Shown: positions 23,500-36,808, counted from the first letter of the whole stretch. The stretch: 62,902 nt of DNA, filler included, from Octopus bimaculoides (GCF_001194135.2; 8 parts of 7 records of this genome joined end to end with filler, not necessarily neighbours in it), one strand, 5' to 3'. The notes: generated by a model from the letters alone, not told the origin. A program made the numbers and translations.

Positions 23500-25580
23500 T
23501 ACTGTGTATGTATGAAGTCACATTCATAATCAATCTTGATTCCAACTAAGGCAAAATATATTTCGTATAATCTTCTCAACTGCGTACATACTATATATGC
23601 AAGAAAATTACATTGAAAGTAAATAATCTGAATATTAAGCCAAAGTAAACAGGAATTCTAATGATCCAAATTGGAACCGGATTACGGTGTTTGATTCAGA
23701 ACTTATTTGTCTGATCACATTCTGCTAGCGTAGAAAATCGCCGGATGATACGCTTTAAAATTACTCGTAATTGTTCAGTTAAATAATGTGGGGAGACATA
23801 ATACCTCAAATTAATTATAATAATTCGGCATAATTGGATAAACAATATGAAGACAAATAAGTATAGAAAATAGGAACATACAGCCACAAAAAGTGAAATG
23901 CAATAAATATTATTCACCACAGCATATTTTTCGGACAAATTACAGAGGATTTTCCAGATCGTACGTATGGCTTTCATTTGATGACCAACAAGGATACTGC
24001 GAGTTGTCTATATTTCCGGCTAGTTGGCAACATAATCCATAAATTCGTGATATGAAAAGTCTAATGCAGAGCGTCTAAGGCAGAGGATACTGAATATGTC
24101 TTGCCCGGCACAGAAATATTTCGGTCATCAGATTAGCGAATTAGATAAACGGGAGTTAACGAGTGGTATTATGGCTAACATATAGTGGACATCTGTATTA
24201 ATAGAAAATGATTAAATGGAATCTGTCAGTTTAGTATAGAAGTAACAATTGAGAAGAATTACAATATGTTCACAGAAAGATACATTTTGCGATGTGCTTG
24301 CAGGGAGATTAGCCTTTGGCAACTTCCTTGAAGCGAAACATGAAGGATGTGATATTCGTACTTGGATGCGAAATTAAAACATGAGATATACGAAACCATT
24401 CGAAGAGCCAGGGTGACTGAGGTGAAGTTTAACGAAAGACACACTTTAATCTTTGATGGATTGCTTTGTGTACATGCTATCCGATTCCAAGTAGACGTGC
24501 GGAATATTTTCTGTGACACAATGTCAAGCTGTTAGCAAAGAGTGATAGTGACGGTCGGTCGTGACTCCTGAAAAGATAATTACTGAAGATAAAATATCGG
24601 ACATTTTAAGCGACGGTGTGAATAGCTTTTGTCATCGGTGAATTAATCGGAATCGCAGAAACGTGTGTGATTCATGGAAGATAAATTCCTTCACGAGCAA
24701 TATATCACAAAGCGAAATAGAGCTGGATCTGGTTTCAGTGGGGCGACCATATATTTTGATACGTCCAGGCGTCTGTCCTAAGCAAAGCAGATTTCGGTCT
24801 CGTCTTCAGAAGTTGGTTCGTTACAATGTATATTGGCATCTACTCCGTAGTAAAATTAAACCACTACCGTTTTAAGTTGCCGGGCGCTTCTTCCGATGAG
24901 GACTGTGCTTTGACATTGTAGCGTTTGTGAGGTGGTTGGAATAGTTAAGGGGCGTCTCGCTTGAACTTGGAATCATAACCCTGCCTATATACGCAGACAA
25001 CGACATCTTCATGGTGTCGGACACATCGGTAATCAAACCTGTCCGAAATTATCACAACGTAAAGAAATCGAGATAAGCGGGACCATTCTAGATGAGTACC
25101 CGAAGGTAACAGAAAAATGAATTAACCACAAGATAAGTTTGCAATTCAGCACCGGGAGAGCCAAGACTATGCAGAATGGTAGCATCCTTCGCTGGACCAA
25201 GGATCCTGTTAAGATGCTTAGAATTTGATTTGGAGCAGATCTCTAAGCGGATATAAGTAGGAAAAGTTCGCTGGAGGGTGAGCAGTTGCATTCATATATA
25301 TGTGCGCTGAGAGATAGTTATTTCTGCAAGATTGAACAGAGTGAGCAATGTCTTTATATCTTCGGCGGTGTCTTAAAATGTCTTGGGTTACGCAACATTC
25401 AATCAGAGTGGTGAATATACTAGTTTGTTTTTTGAAGAAGGGACAGGCTTCATTAAGTGGTTCCTCTACTGCCAAACACAAAGTTTTGCATGATGCAGTC
25501 ATTAGCTGATGCTGACATATCAGCAGAACAGGATGCTCCTCGATTTCTATGACAACGATAAACAATAGGTGTTAATGTAC
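23500..25580. promoter_or_regulatory. CpG-retaining, non-repetitive island; candidate internal promoter or non-coding exon
   Basis: CG dinucleotides are visibly frequent compared with flanking intron; no long credible ORF; donor-like GTACGT at 25577. Function is inferred only. Confidence 0.35.
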
Positions 25581-25583
25581 GTA

Positions 25584-25588
<5 letters not shown>

Positions 25589-25654
<66 letters not shown>
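25589..25654. repeat. (ATCT)n microsatellite
   Basis: Direct reading. Confidence 0.95.
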
Positions 25655-25655
<1 letters not shown>

Positions 25656-26420
25656 CACACACACACACACATTTAGATGAACACAAACAGCCATGTAATG
25701 ATGTGTAAAGGATGGACATCCATACATTGAAATCAAAACTATCAATATCACACATTCACCGTATCTATCACCACCACTACCACCTGCCACTACTACCACC
25801 TGCCACTACTACCACCTGTCACTATTACCACCTGCCACTACTACCAGAACCACTGTTACCATCAACTCCCACCACCACTACCACCACCAACAACAACAAC
25901 AACAACAATACTTCAGACATCGACCTACGTAAGAATCCCTTATAGGATCTCTCGATCTACTAAAGTTAGCAACGAAGTGTCCCTAAAATCACCTCGCACC
26001 GTCTTAAATAAAGAAATTTGAAAAACATAATGCAGTTCAAGATATATGGCATGTCTTAAAACCAAAGAAAGGATTGGCTGAAGCGGAACGCCTTTAATTA
26101 TAGGTCTGCTAGATCGGAGTTGGTCGTGGATAAAAGAACGTCAGCCACTTTGGAACCAATATTTGTCTCGTCTAAGGCGGCGAGCTGGCACAGTCGTCAG
26201 CATTTCGGACACATGCTTAGCTGCATTTCGTCGGCATTTCCCAATTAGAGTCCATATGGCCTTTGGAAGTCCATATGACTCATTATGGGGTCTACATGGT
26301 TCTTTGGGAGTCCGTACAAGGTTTTGATGTTAAAATTTATCCGCAATGGATTAGTTATACTTTTACAATTCACAAAATAATTTAACAATCATTTTTATTC
26401 AATTCCTAATAATATTTGAT

Positions 26421-26822
26421 TACTCTTTTACTCTTTTACTTGTTTCAGTCATTTGACAGCGGCCATGCTGGAGCACCGCCTTTAGTCGAGAAAATCGACC
26501 CCAGGACTTATTCTTTGTAAGCCTAGTACTTATTCTATCAGTCTCTTTTGCCGAACTGCTAAGTTACGGGGACGTAAACACACCACCATCGGTTGTCAAG
26601 CGATGGTGTGGGGACAAACACAGACACACAAACACACACATATATACATATACATATATACGACGGGCTTCTTTCAGTTTCCGTCTACCAAATCCACTCA
26701 CAAGGCTTTGGTCGGCCCGAGGCTATAGTAGAAGACACTTGCCCAAGATACCACGCAGTGGGACTGAACTCGGAACCATGTGGTTGGTAAGCAAGCTACT
26801 TACCACACAGCCACTCCTGTGC
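26421..26822 (-). mobile_element. SINE family A, full-length well-preserved copy
   Basis: Minus strand: ggagtggctgtgtggtaagtagcttgc head, cttgggcaagtgtcttctac CORE-like segment, internal (TA)/(GT) tract, gactgaaacaagtaaaagag tail. Further partial copies near 17590, 27960, 29820, 32140, 44640, 50270, 52520, 57596 and 60930. Confidence 0.9.
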
Positions 26823-27391
26823 CTAAAAATATAGTATGAATTTTTAAACGGAATGGCTAGGAGGGTCCATCCGAGTCAAAGAGGAATCGAAGGAGTTCAC
26901 AGGTATAAAATGGCTGAAAAAAGACTGGTCTATACGTTCTGAGTTCAAATTCCACCGAGATCGACTTTGCCTTTTATCCTTTCGTGGTGAAATAAATATC
27001 AATAATCGACTTACCTCAACCCGCTAGATTGCTGGCTTTGTATCAAAACTTGAAACCAATATTGACTTCCTCCGGCATCAAAATACCAAATTTCCTGCCA
27101 CCACAGCCTTTGCTGCACATGTTTTAACCTTAGAATTCCTCTTCCTCTCTTTCTCTGTTCTTCTTGTCCCCCTTTCTCCTTCAACTCCTTCTCCTCCTCC
27201 TTCTATTCTCTTCTTTTTCCTCCTCCTTCTTCCCATCTTTTCATTTTCTTTTTCCCCGCCTCCTCTCCTCCTCCTCGTCGTCGTCGTCATTATCACCATC
27301 ATCATCAACTTCAGCCCTCCTCTCGATATTTTTTCTTCTCTTCTCTTAACCCTCTACCTCCTCTACTCCAGTAGCTGCTGCTGTTGCTGGA

Positions 27392-27443
<52 letters not shown>

Positions 27444-28171
27444 TCCTTCCTCGTCTCTGGCGCCGTATAGTATAGAAATTTTTGTTGGAATCGGTTATTG
27501 GGAACTTGAAACTATAAGGATTGGAGTGGATGCATAGGAAAGGGAATTAGGCAAACACACACGCACGCACACACACACACACACATACACACACACACAC
27601 ATGCACACGCACACACACATACACACACGCACACGCACACACACATACACACACATACACACACATACACACACATATTCATATGCCACACATACTTATA
27701 TATACCCAAGCATGGATAGTCATAGAAAATCATACATGCTTATATGTTTCTAAACATACGTATGTAACTCTCTCCACCTCTCTTTCATCTGTATGTGTAC
27801 ATGCATAGATACATACATATAATCGTAAATGCACCTACATACGTACATACATACATGCAAACATACATACATACATGCAAACGTACATACATATAAATGT
27901 GCATGATATATGCAAATTAAGATATAATCATACATTCCTTAATGCATGGAATGCATTTGTAACATACATTCAGGCACGCTTATTATACGTATACCGTTGT
28001 TGGTTTGTTTATATCCCCGTAACCTAGCGGCTCGACAAAAGGGATTGACAGCATATGTACCACCCTACCATGGAGTCGATTTTCTTCGAGTAAACCCCTC
28101 AAGGTGGTGCCACAGCATGGCAGCAGTCCAATAACTGAAACAAGTAAAATGATAAAAGATATATGTATATA

Positions 28172-29451
28172 TCAGGTCATTAAGAATGAAATGTCAGATT
28201 TTCTTATGCACCAAGCTTGACAGTCGTTAACTCTAATGTTTTATCCTGACAATTCTTTGTTTTACAACGTTGAAAAGTTATATCATCACTTTTTGTAATG
28301 CAATTCATGGTGTCTCTGATTATATTGTGATTTTTCTCTTGTAAATCAGTTTTTGTGAACCCATGCATAGATAAGAAATTCGTCTTGTTTATGAATATGA
28401 GTTCCGTCATGGAACCAATGCATCCCAGAAACATCAATGAGGTGTTTGATGAAGATGTGACGAATGAGCGCACTGTATGTCGATGGTTTGAGATGTTCCG
28501 GTCTGGAGGCTTTACTCTTGAAAATCAGCTCCGTGGTAGACCTGAGACCAAGGTGGATAATGATGAGCTAGAAACTGTTGTGGAAGTGGATACATTTCAA
28601 ACTACACGTGAGTTAGCAGCAAGGTTTGATGTTTCGATTCCAACTGTATTGGACCATCTGAAACAATTCGACAAGGTAAAGAAGCTGCATAAGTGGGTAC
28701 CACACGAACTCAACGAGCATCAAATGACACGACGTCTTGAAACTTGCTGTTCTTTGCTGTCACGGCATAAAAGCGAACAATTTTTGCATCGTATTGTAAC
28801 GTGTGATGAAAAATGGGTTCTTTCCAACAATAGCAAGCGTTCTGCACGGTGGTTGGATAGCGACGAAGTACCAAACCACAACCCAAAAAAGAATATTCAC
28901 CGAAAAAAGCCAATGGTGTCTGTTTGGTGGTTCAGTGCTGGTGTCATCCACTACAGCTTCAGGAGACCTGGTAAGTCAATTACGGCGGATGAATACATCA
29001 AGCAATTGGATTAAATGATTGGTGAACTTGCAATTAAACAACCGAGATTGGTCAATTGAGACAGGCCAATTCTCTTGTAAGACAATGCTTGACCACATGT
29101 TGCACAAAGAACGCTACTCAAGTTACAGGAACTGAACTTGGAACTACTCTGTCATCCACCATACTCACCAGACCTTGCACCAACGGACTATCACGTTTTC
29201 CAGGCATTAGACAACTTTTTGCCAGGAAAAAAACTTTAAATCTGAAGACGATGCAAAAACAGCCCTTCGTGATTTCATCACCTCTTGCTCTCCAGTATTC
29301 TTCGCTGCCAGCATAAATAAGCTAGCGATACAATGGCAAAATTGTGTTGATAATTTAGGTGCATACTTTGATTAACTGCATTGCTTTTTGTTGAGATAAA
29401 ATAAAATAAACTTTTAGTTCAAAATCGGACATTTCATTCTTAATGACCTGA
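28172..29451 (+). mobile_element. Full-length (1280 bp) mariner transposon, DD34D, inactivated
   Basis: 31-bp TIRs (30/31 match) at 28172-28202 and 29421-29451, TA at the left flank. Transposase from ATG 28363 has a stop and a frameshift; IVTCDEKW, DNA*PH and YSPDLAPTDYHVF motifs; 34 residues between D2 and D3. Confidence 0.95.
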
Positions 29452-29584
29452 TCACGAATGACCCCGGGATTGCACCTAGAAAATACTCCTCCGAGGTACA
29501 AGGTTGTTTGTGGAAGACCAGCAGTCAGCCATGAATACCAGCCTCCCCTCTCAACGCCACCGTATTTTATATTAATTGTATTTC

Positions 29585-29629
29585 GGCCAGAGTTCTTTCG
29601 TCACACTTCTGTGACCTCATCAGTGGTCC
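29585..29629 (-). ncRNA. Minimal type I hammerhead ribozyme H4
   Basis: Stem I GGACCA/TGGCC, CTGATGA (29623-29617), one extra G, stem II GTCACA-GAAG-TGTGAC, GAAA, 2-bp stem III AG/CT, CUC triplet. Confidence 0.7.
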
Positions 29630-30904
29630 TTTGCTTTCTTCTTTNNNNNNNNNNNNNNNNNNNNNNNNNNNNNNNNNNNNNNNNNNNNTTAATTAATTAA
29701 NNNNNNNNNNNNNNNNNNNNNNNNNNNNNNNNNNNNNNNNNNNNATATATATATATATATATATATATGTGTATGTATATTTATGTATGTATGTATGTAT
29801 ATATATGTATGTATGTATATACATATACGACGGGCTTCTTTCAGTTTCAGTCTACCAAATCCACTCGCAAGGCTTTGGTCGGCCCGAGGTTATAGTGGAA
29901 GACATTTGCCCAATGTGCCACGCAGTGGGAATGAACCCGGAACCATGTGGTTGGTAAGCAAGCTACTTACCACACAGCCACTCCTGTGCCTGTTAAGATA
30001 TTTTGTGGGTTGTAGAAGCATAAGCAATATATGGACCCCAAGTGCCATAAGGACCCTGGTTGATAACCACTGATTCTGACCTTTTTTTTTTTTTTTCAAG
30101 ACTGACTTTTGTGATTCAAGAGACAAATCTTGCAGCAGTTCCTTTCATTGTTACCTTGTTGAGTGAAATGTGTGTGTGTGTGTGTGCGTTTGCATGCATA
30201 TGTGTATGTGTGTGCAATGTGACCAAGCTGACAAAGCAACCACACACACACACACGCACACACAGAATTGTGGGGGTAGTGATGATGGTGATGGCAGCAG
30301 CGGTGGTCCAGCCACTTGAGTAATGTCTCTTAAGCCTGTTTCCCTCCTTAGACATCATTATAGAGGATAAGTTTTCTCTCCCTCATCTCCCCTCCTCCTC
30401 CTCCTCACTGAAAGTGTGTCTGTAGATTAGTGAAACCTTCATTCCTCAACACTTACACACCAACCAACCCTGAACACTTCCAGAATGTCCCTTGTTTGCT
30501 GTTTCTCTCCAGCCCTCCACTGACCCTCCCCTCCTAACAGGTCATCTTGTCTGCCTTCTTCTTCTTCTCCTTTATTGTTTCAGCTATAATAGTCACTAGA
30601 AAGTTCTTTTCCACAGCCTGGGCCATTGATAAAGGACACAGCACCACTGTCCTGTTAACAATGGTCACCATTGACAACCTCCCTCCTTTCACCCAACCCC
30701 CAACATTACAGAAACAATTTGTTTGCTTTATATTTCTCTCCAGATTCAGAAAACAACCACAGCAGTAGTAGTGGTGGTGGTGGCGGGCCCATGTTGTAGT
30801 AACGGTGATAGTATTGGTGGTGGCAGTAGTGGTTTGGGAGAGACAACCAAACCAAAGTCATTCAATCATTTTCTTCCAGAACTCTGGTTCTTTTTACTGC
30901 TGTC

Positions 30905-31490
30905 CAATCATCATCATCATCATCATCATCATCGTTTAACGTCCGCTTTCCATGCTAGCATGGGTTGGACGATTTGACTGAGGACTGGTGAAACCGGATG
31001 GCAACACCAGGCTCCAGTCTGATTTGGCAGAGTTTCTACAGCTGGATGCCCTTCCTAACGCCAACCACTCAGAGAGTGTAGNNNNNNNNNNNNNNNNNNN
31101 NNNNNNNNNNNNNNNNNNNNNNNNNNNNNNNNNNNNNNNNNNNNNNNNNNNNNNNNNNNNNNNNNNNNNNNNNNNNNNNNNNNNNNNNNNNNNNNNNNNN
31201 NNNNNNNNNNNNNNNNNNNNNNNNNNNNNNNNNNNNNNNNNNNNNNNNNNNNNNNNNNNNNNNNNNNNNNNNNNNNNNNNNNNNNNNNNNNNNNNNNNNN
31301 NNNNNNNNNNNNNNNNNNNNNNNNNNNNNNNGGGTGCTTTTACGTGTCACCCGCACGAAAACGGCCACGCTCGAAATGGTGTCTTTTATGTGCCACCCGC
31401 ACAAGCCAGTCCAGGGGCACTGGCAACGATCTCGCTCGAAAATCCTACGGGAGCCAGTCAGGCGGTACTGGCAACGGCCACGCTCATGAC
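30905..31490 (-). mobile_element. RTE LINE 3' UTR with (GAT)n tail, interrupted by a gap
   Basis: catcatcatcgtttaacgtccgctttccatgctagcatggg...gcccttcctaacgccaacc; near-identical to 53790-54084. Confidence 0.8.
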
Positions 31491-31589
31491 CCTCATTAAA
31501 TAGATTAATCAATCTTTTCCCTCACAATATATTTTCCCTGCAATTACCCCTTAGGGATCTCAACTGGAATGTCCCCTTCTTTGCATTGA

Positions 31590-31815
31590 CCCTTCAGCAT
31601 TCACATTACTCTGTCCATTCTGATGCTTATTGCTTCACATCGTTTTTGAATTAATCTGGCATCATCTTGGAGCTTTGAAACTTCGATGACGTGATTGTTT
31701 GCTTAAAACTTGGCATTGTAGGGTAAGTGTGACAAGCAGAATCTAGCTGGTTTGCACATAAAACAGGTAGAATATTGTCAGGCCAGACATTGGGGCTGGT
31801 TTCAGTGTTAAAGGG
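31590..31815. mobile_element. piggyBac-like MITE (degenerate TTAA TSD)
   Basis: TTGA|CCCTTCAGCATT ... AGTGTTAAAGGG|TTAA. Confidence 0.65.
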
Positions 31816-32351
31816 TTAATTACTCTCTGTTGTTGGACAACAGTTGCCATTGTATTCAATCACATTGGTTAACTTGGAGACGGTTGGGTGGAGGGGGGAG
31901 ATATTTAGACGCAACAGCAATTATGATTTCACTGCTAAGCACACACCTGTGTGTGTGTATGTGTAATATATATATCAATTATCATTTAACCCTTGCTAGC
32001 ATGGAAAGCAGATGTTAAATGATGATGATGATGTATATAATATATATATATATTATAAATTATATGTATAAAAGCTCCTATTTTATGTTGGCTGCAGCCC
32101 TAAAACTGCTATATTGTGTTTGTGTGTATGTATATATATTGTTTCAGTCGTTAGACAGCGGCCATGCTGGGGCACCGCCTTGAATTTTTAATTGAATGAA
32201 TTGACTCCAGAACTTTTTTTTTAAGCCTGATACTTATTCTATCAGGTTTTTTTGGTGAACCACTGGGTTACAGGGACATAAACACACCAACACCGGTTAT
32301 CAAATGGTGATAGGGGTACAAACACAGACAGACACACACACACAGATTTAT

Positions 32352-32435
<84 letters not shown>

Positions 32436-32493
32436 GGTTTCTTTCAGTTTCCATTTACCAAACCCACCCACATATGTATATATTTATATACGA

Positions 32494-32815
32494 GCCTTTG
32501 ACTTTTGTTGACATGGAGAAAGCCTTTGACAGGGTCCCCTGATCCCTTATCTGATGGTCAATACGGAAGCTAAGCATAAACAAGTGGTTGGTGAGAGCTA
32601 TACAAGCCCTGTACAGGGATGCTCTCAATAAGGTGAGGGTTGGCAATGAGTATAGTGAAGAATTCATGGTACAAGTAGGGGTTCACCAAGGATCAGTCTT
32701 CAGTCCCATCTTGTTCATCATAGTCCTCCAGACAATAACAGAGGAATTCAAGACAGGATGCCCCTGGGAGCTCTTCTATGCTGGTGACCTTGTTATTATA
32801 GCTCAATCACTACCT
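32494..32815 (+). mobile_element. RTE LINE reverse transcriptase internal fragment (RT motifs 3-5)
   Basis: FVDMEKAFDRVP*...VGVHQGSVFSPILF...WELFYAGDLV. Confidence 0.9.
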
Positions 32816-32851
32816 GTATTATATACATGTATAATATATGTATATAATATG

Positions 32852-32890
<39 letters not shown>

Positions 32891-32952
32891 GTGTGTGTGT
32901 CTATATACACACACACANNNNNNNNNNGTGTGTGTGCGTGTGTGTGTGTGTC

Positions 32953-32997
<45 letters not shown>

Positions 32998-33019
32998 GTA
33001 TAATATATATATAATGTAT

Positions 33020-33320
33020 ATCAATACATATCTAAAACTGAGAATGTGTATCTGTCTGTATGTGTGCATCACTAAAACCCGAGAATTATCCAACCGATTT
33101 CATTCCAATTTTGCACATGCCTTACTTACGGTGCATGCAGTGTCATGGGCCAAAAGAAGTTTCCTCTTCTTGCCTAATGCGAGCCTGGAGCAATCTCTTA
33201 GACTGTCTCAGTATTACAAGTCAACAGTGAAACAATAACATCTCTCCATTGTAACGTCAGATAATAGTCTCACTATTATATGGTTTCACTTTCAATAGTT
33301 TCATTTAATTAGTTTCATAT
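33020..33320 (+). mobile_element. Possible non-autonomous Helitron-like element, 5' part
   Basis: aaaactgagaatgtgtatctgtctg...ccaaccgatttcattccaattttgcaca resembles recalled Lep1-like Helitron 5' ends; runs into a gap. Confidence 0.35.
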
Positions 33321-34775
33321 NNNNNNNNNNNNNNNNNNNNNNNNNNNNNNNNNNNNNNNNNNNNNNNNNNNNNNNNNNNNNNNNNNNNNNNNNNNNNNNN
33401 NNNNNNNNNNNNNNNNNNNNNNNNNNNNNNNNNNNNNNNNNNNNNNNNNNNNNNNNNNNNNNNNNNNNNNNNNNNNNNNNNNNNNNNNNNNNNNNNNNNN
33501 NNNNNNNNNNNNNNNNNNNNNNNNNNNNNNNNNNNNNNNNNNNNNNNNNNNNNNNNNNNNNNNNNNNNNNNNNNNNNNNNNNNNNNNNNNNNNNNNNNNN
33601 NNNNNNNNNNNNNNNNNNNNNNNNNNNNNNNNNNNNNNNNNNNNNNNNNNNNNNNNNNNNNNNNNNNNNNNNNNNNNNNNNNNNNNNNNNNNNNNNNNNN
33701 NNNNNNNNNNNNNNNNNNNNNNNNNNNNNNNNNNNNNNNNNNNNNNNNNNNNNNNNNNNNNNNNNNNNNNNNNNNNNNNNNNNNNNNNNNNNNNNNNNNN
33801 NNNNNNNNNNNNNNNNNNNNNNNNNNNNNNNNNNNNNNNNNNNNNNNNNNNNNNNNNNNNNNNNNNNNNNNNNNNNNNNNNNNNNNNNNNNNNNNNNNNN
33901 NNNNNNNNNNNNNNNNNNNNNNNNNNNNNNNNNNNNNNNNNNNNNNNNNNNNNNNNNNNNNNNNNNNNNNNNNNNNNNNNNNNNNNNNNNNNNNNNNNNN
34001 NNNNNNNNNNNNNNNNNNNNNNNNNNNNNNNNNNNNNNNNNNNNNNNNNNNNNNNNNNNNNNNNNNNNNNNNNNNNNNNNNNNNNNNNNNNNNNNNNNNN
34101 NNNNNNNNNNNNNNNNNNNNNNNNNNNNNNNNNNNNNNNNNNNNNNNNNNNNNNNNNNNNNNNAGCCATGACCACCCCATCTTTGTCTACATGAAGAACT
34201 CCATTGTCTGGTGTGACCTTTCTTTTCTGAAAACGGTCAGGTATAGTTTAAAGGATATTTGGCTATTCTTTCTGTAGAGGACCCTTCTATTGTGTCTATG
34301 AATTTTTTTTTGTTTTTTAAAAAAAGATTTTTATCTGAAACCATTTTACTTAATGCTTGGATTCGTAGAATCAGTAGAGCAGCAGGAAAAAAAAAAAAAA
34401 CATTCTGAGTTCGAATCTCACCTAGGTTAACTTTCGGGGTCAATAATGTACCAGTGTCAAGTACTGAGAACAATTCAATCCACTAAACCCTTCTCTTAAC
34501 TAAAGCAAAGGCAGTGTTTTTTCATAGAAATGATAACAAAAGTGTTACATTTATATCAACATAGGATATAAAGGAATTAAGGGAGGAGAAATAATTGCCT
34601 AAGTTCCCTCCTCTAGATGTAAGATGACTACTTTAGTTGAACTCTGAGGGAATTAGTGTGTGTGTGTGTTTATATATATACATACACATATATTTATTTA
34701 TAGATAGATAGATATGTATATCATTTATACATACTTATGTACATTATATACATATACACACATGTATATACATTT

Positions 34776-34827
<52 letters not shown>

Positions 34828-35530
34828 NNNNNNNNNNNNNNNNNNNNNNNNNNNNNNNNNNNNNNNNNNNNNNNNNNNNNNNNNNNNNNNNNNNNNNNNN
34901 NNNNNNNNNNNNNNNNNNNNNNNNNNNNNNNNNNNNNNNNNNNNNNNNNNNNNNNNNNNNNNNNNNNNNNNNNNNNNNNNNNNNNNNNNNNNNNNNNNNN
35001 NNNNNNNNNNNNNNNNNNNNNNNNNNNNNNNNNNNNNNNNNNNNNNNNNNNNNNNNNNNNNNNNNNNNNNNNNNNNNNNNNNNNNNNNNNNNNNNNNNNN
35101 NNNNNNNNNNNNNNNNNNNNNNNNNNNNNNNNNNNNNNNNNNNNNNNNNNNNNNNNNNNNNNNNNNNNNNNNNNNNNNNNNNNNNNNNNNNNNNNNNNNN
35201 NNNNNNNNNNNNNNNNNNNNNNNNNNNNNNNNNNNNNNNNNNNNNNNNNNNNNNNNNNNNNNNNNNNNNNNNNNNNNNNNNNNNNNNNNNNNNNNNNNNN
35301 NNNNNNNNNNNNNNNNNNNNNNNNNNNNNNNNNNNNNNNNNNNNNNNNNNNNNNNNNNNNNNNNNNNNNNNNNNNNNNNNNNNNNNNNNNNNNNNNNNNN
35401 NNNNNNNNNNNNNNNNNNNNNNNNNNNNNNNNNNNNNNNNNNNNNNNNNNNNNNNNNNNNNNNNNNNNNNNTTTTGCCCTAGATGTGGTTGTAACATGAA
35501 TGGGAAATATAACACGGGTCGTGTATTAGC

Positions 35531-35657
35531 GTGTGTATATATATATAAAAGAATGAAATCAAGAGACCAATGGCATCAGTAAATTTAGACATTCTACATA
35601 AGATATAAATTTACTTATGCCATTGGTCTCTTGATCTCATTTGTTTTATATACACAC
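35531..35657. repeat. Foldback inverted repeat (MITE-like), ~55-bp arms and 18-nt loop
   Basis: aatgaaatcaagagaccaatggcatcagtaaattta versus taaatttacttatgccattggtctcttgatctcatt; 34/36 match in the core. Confidence 0.85.
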
Positions 35658-35747
35658 ACACACACACACACACACATGCATGCATGCAACTATGTGATGC
35701 ATATACATTCCACTCTAATCATTCCTTCATTTTTATATTTCTCTGAC

Positions 35748-35778
<31 letters not shown>

Positions 35779-36241
35779 CCTCCCTCTCTCTATCTCTCTC
35801 TCTCTGATGATGGACTACCTAGCTTATGGAAACCTTACTCAATATCCCGATCCACAAGCTTGTCTATTCTAGAAACAGCCATAAGAGACTCTATCAGTTT
35901 AAATTCTCTATCGAAATACTTTTTTTCTTCTTTTGTGTGTGTGTTTCAAGTGATGGCAGAAGTTTTGCTTTTTTTTTTCATCTTCTGTCTTAATCTCTCT
36001 CCACCCACTCAAGGAGAAACCACTTCTGTCTGCCTTCAATTGCGACTCTCAACACCACTCTTGCCATTTGCAGTTCAAGTCAGAGTTTTAGTGGTAAATC
36101 AAACTGAACACTTATAGTACATATCTATTACTTTATGGCAGCCGATAAAACTCCTTCTATATACTCCACATGTGTATATAAATATACATGTATATATACG
36201 TGTATATATGTATATAAATATATACCTATATATGTATATAC

Positions 36242-36299
<58 letters not shown>

Positions 36300-36808
36300 A
36301 TATACACATATTTGTGTGTGTATTTTTTTTTTTTTGCTAATACTGATGAGGTGAATTAATAAAAACACAAAATGTTTCAGCCTTTATATAATCCTGACTG
36401 TCATTTTGCCAGAATGGTTGTATATTTTATAAAGCATAAAATGCTGAATATGTTTCCTGTAAATCATTAATACTATTACATGGCAGGCTTATGTCCAGCA
36501 CACAAGCCTATCCTCTGGTGTGATGTCCTGTGATTTTTGGGGAACTGTATATAGGAATGGAGTCAAGCATGGAACTTTCTACTGAGCCTGGACTGTATTA
36601 TTACATAGGTTCTTCTGTTACAATTTGGAAATCTAGATTACATAACCATTCTTCTTCATTTAAGTTTAGAAGGAAATGTAATTCTACAAAATCTTAATCA
36701 ATGTATTTATGATTTGAAAGACAGGAACTGTAAAATAAAAGTGATTCATTATTAGTTACACTCTTTTTGTACAAGACTAGTCATTTTAAATGGGATCTTT
36801 GCCTCGAG

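Noticed and set aside
24110-24137. Minus-strand CTGATGA-CC-GAAA (and CTGAAGA..CGAAA at ~24790-24810)
   Set aside because: Stem II is absent or only 1 bp, and there is no stem I.
25520-25546. Minus-strand EEHPVLL, identical to an actin heptapeptide
   Set aside because: No actin similarity continues in any frame I checked; treated as chance.
30541-30768. Acceptor-like cctaacag followed by a hydrophobic open frame
   Set aside because: No good donor, low-complexity composition and no PDE3 similarity.
30976-31000. CTGAGGA...GAAA in RTE 3' UTR copies
   Set aside because: No stem II or stem I can form; not a hammerhead.
33305-35582. Long ORFs made of X residues (also 12258, 41528, 48554, 57563 and 59532)
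   Set aside because: Artefacts of N gaps.
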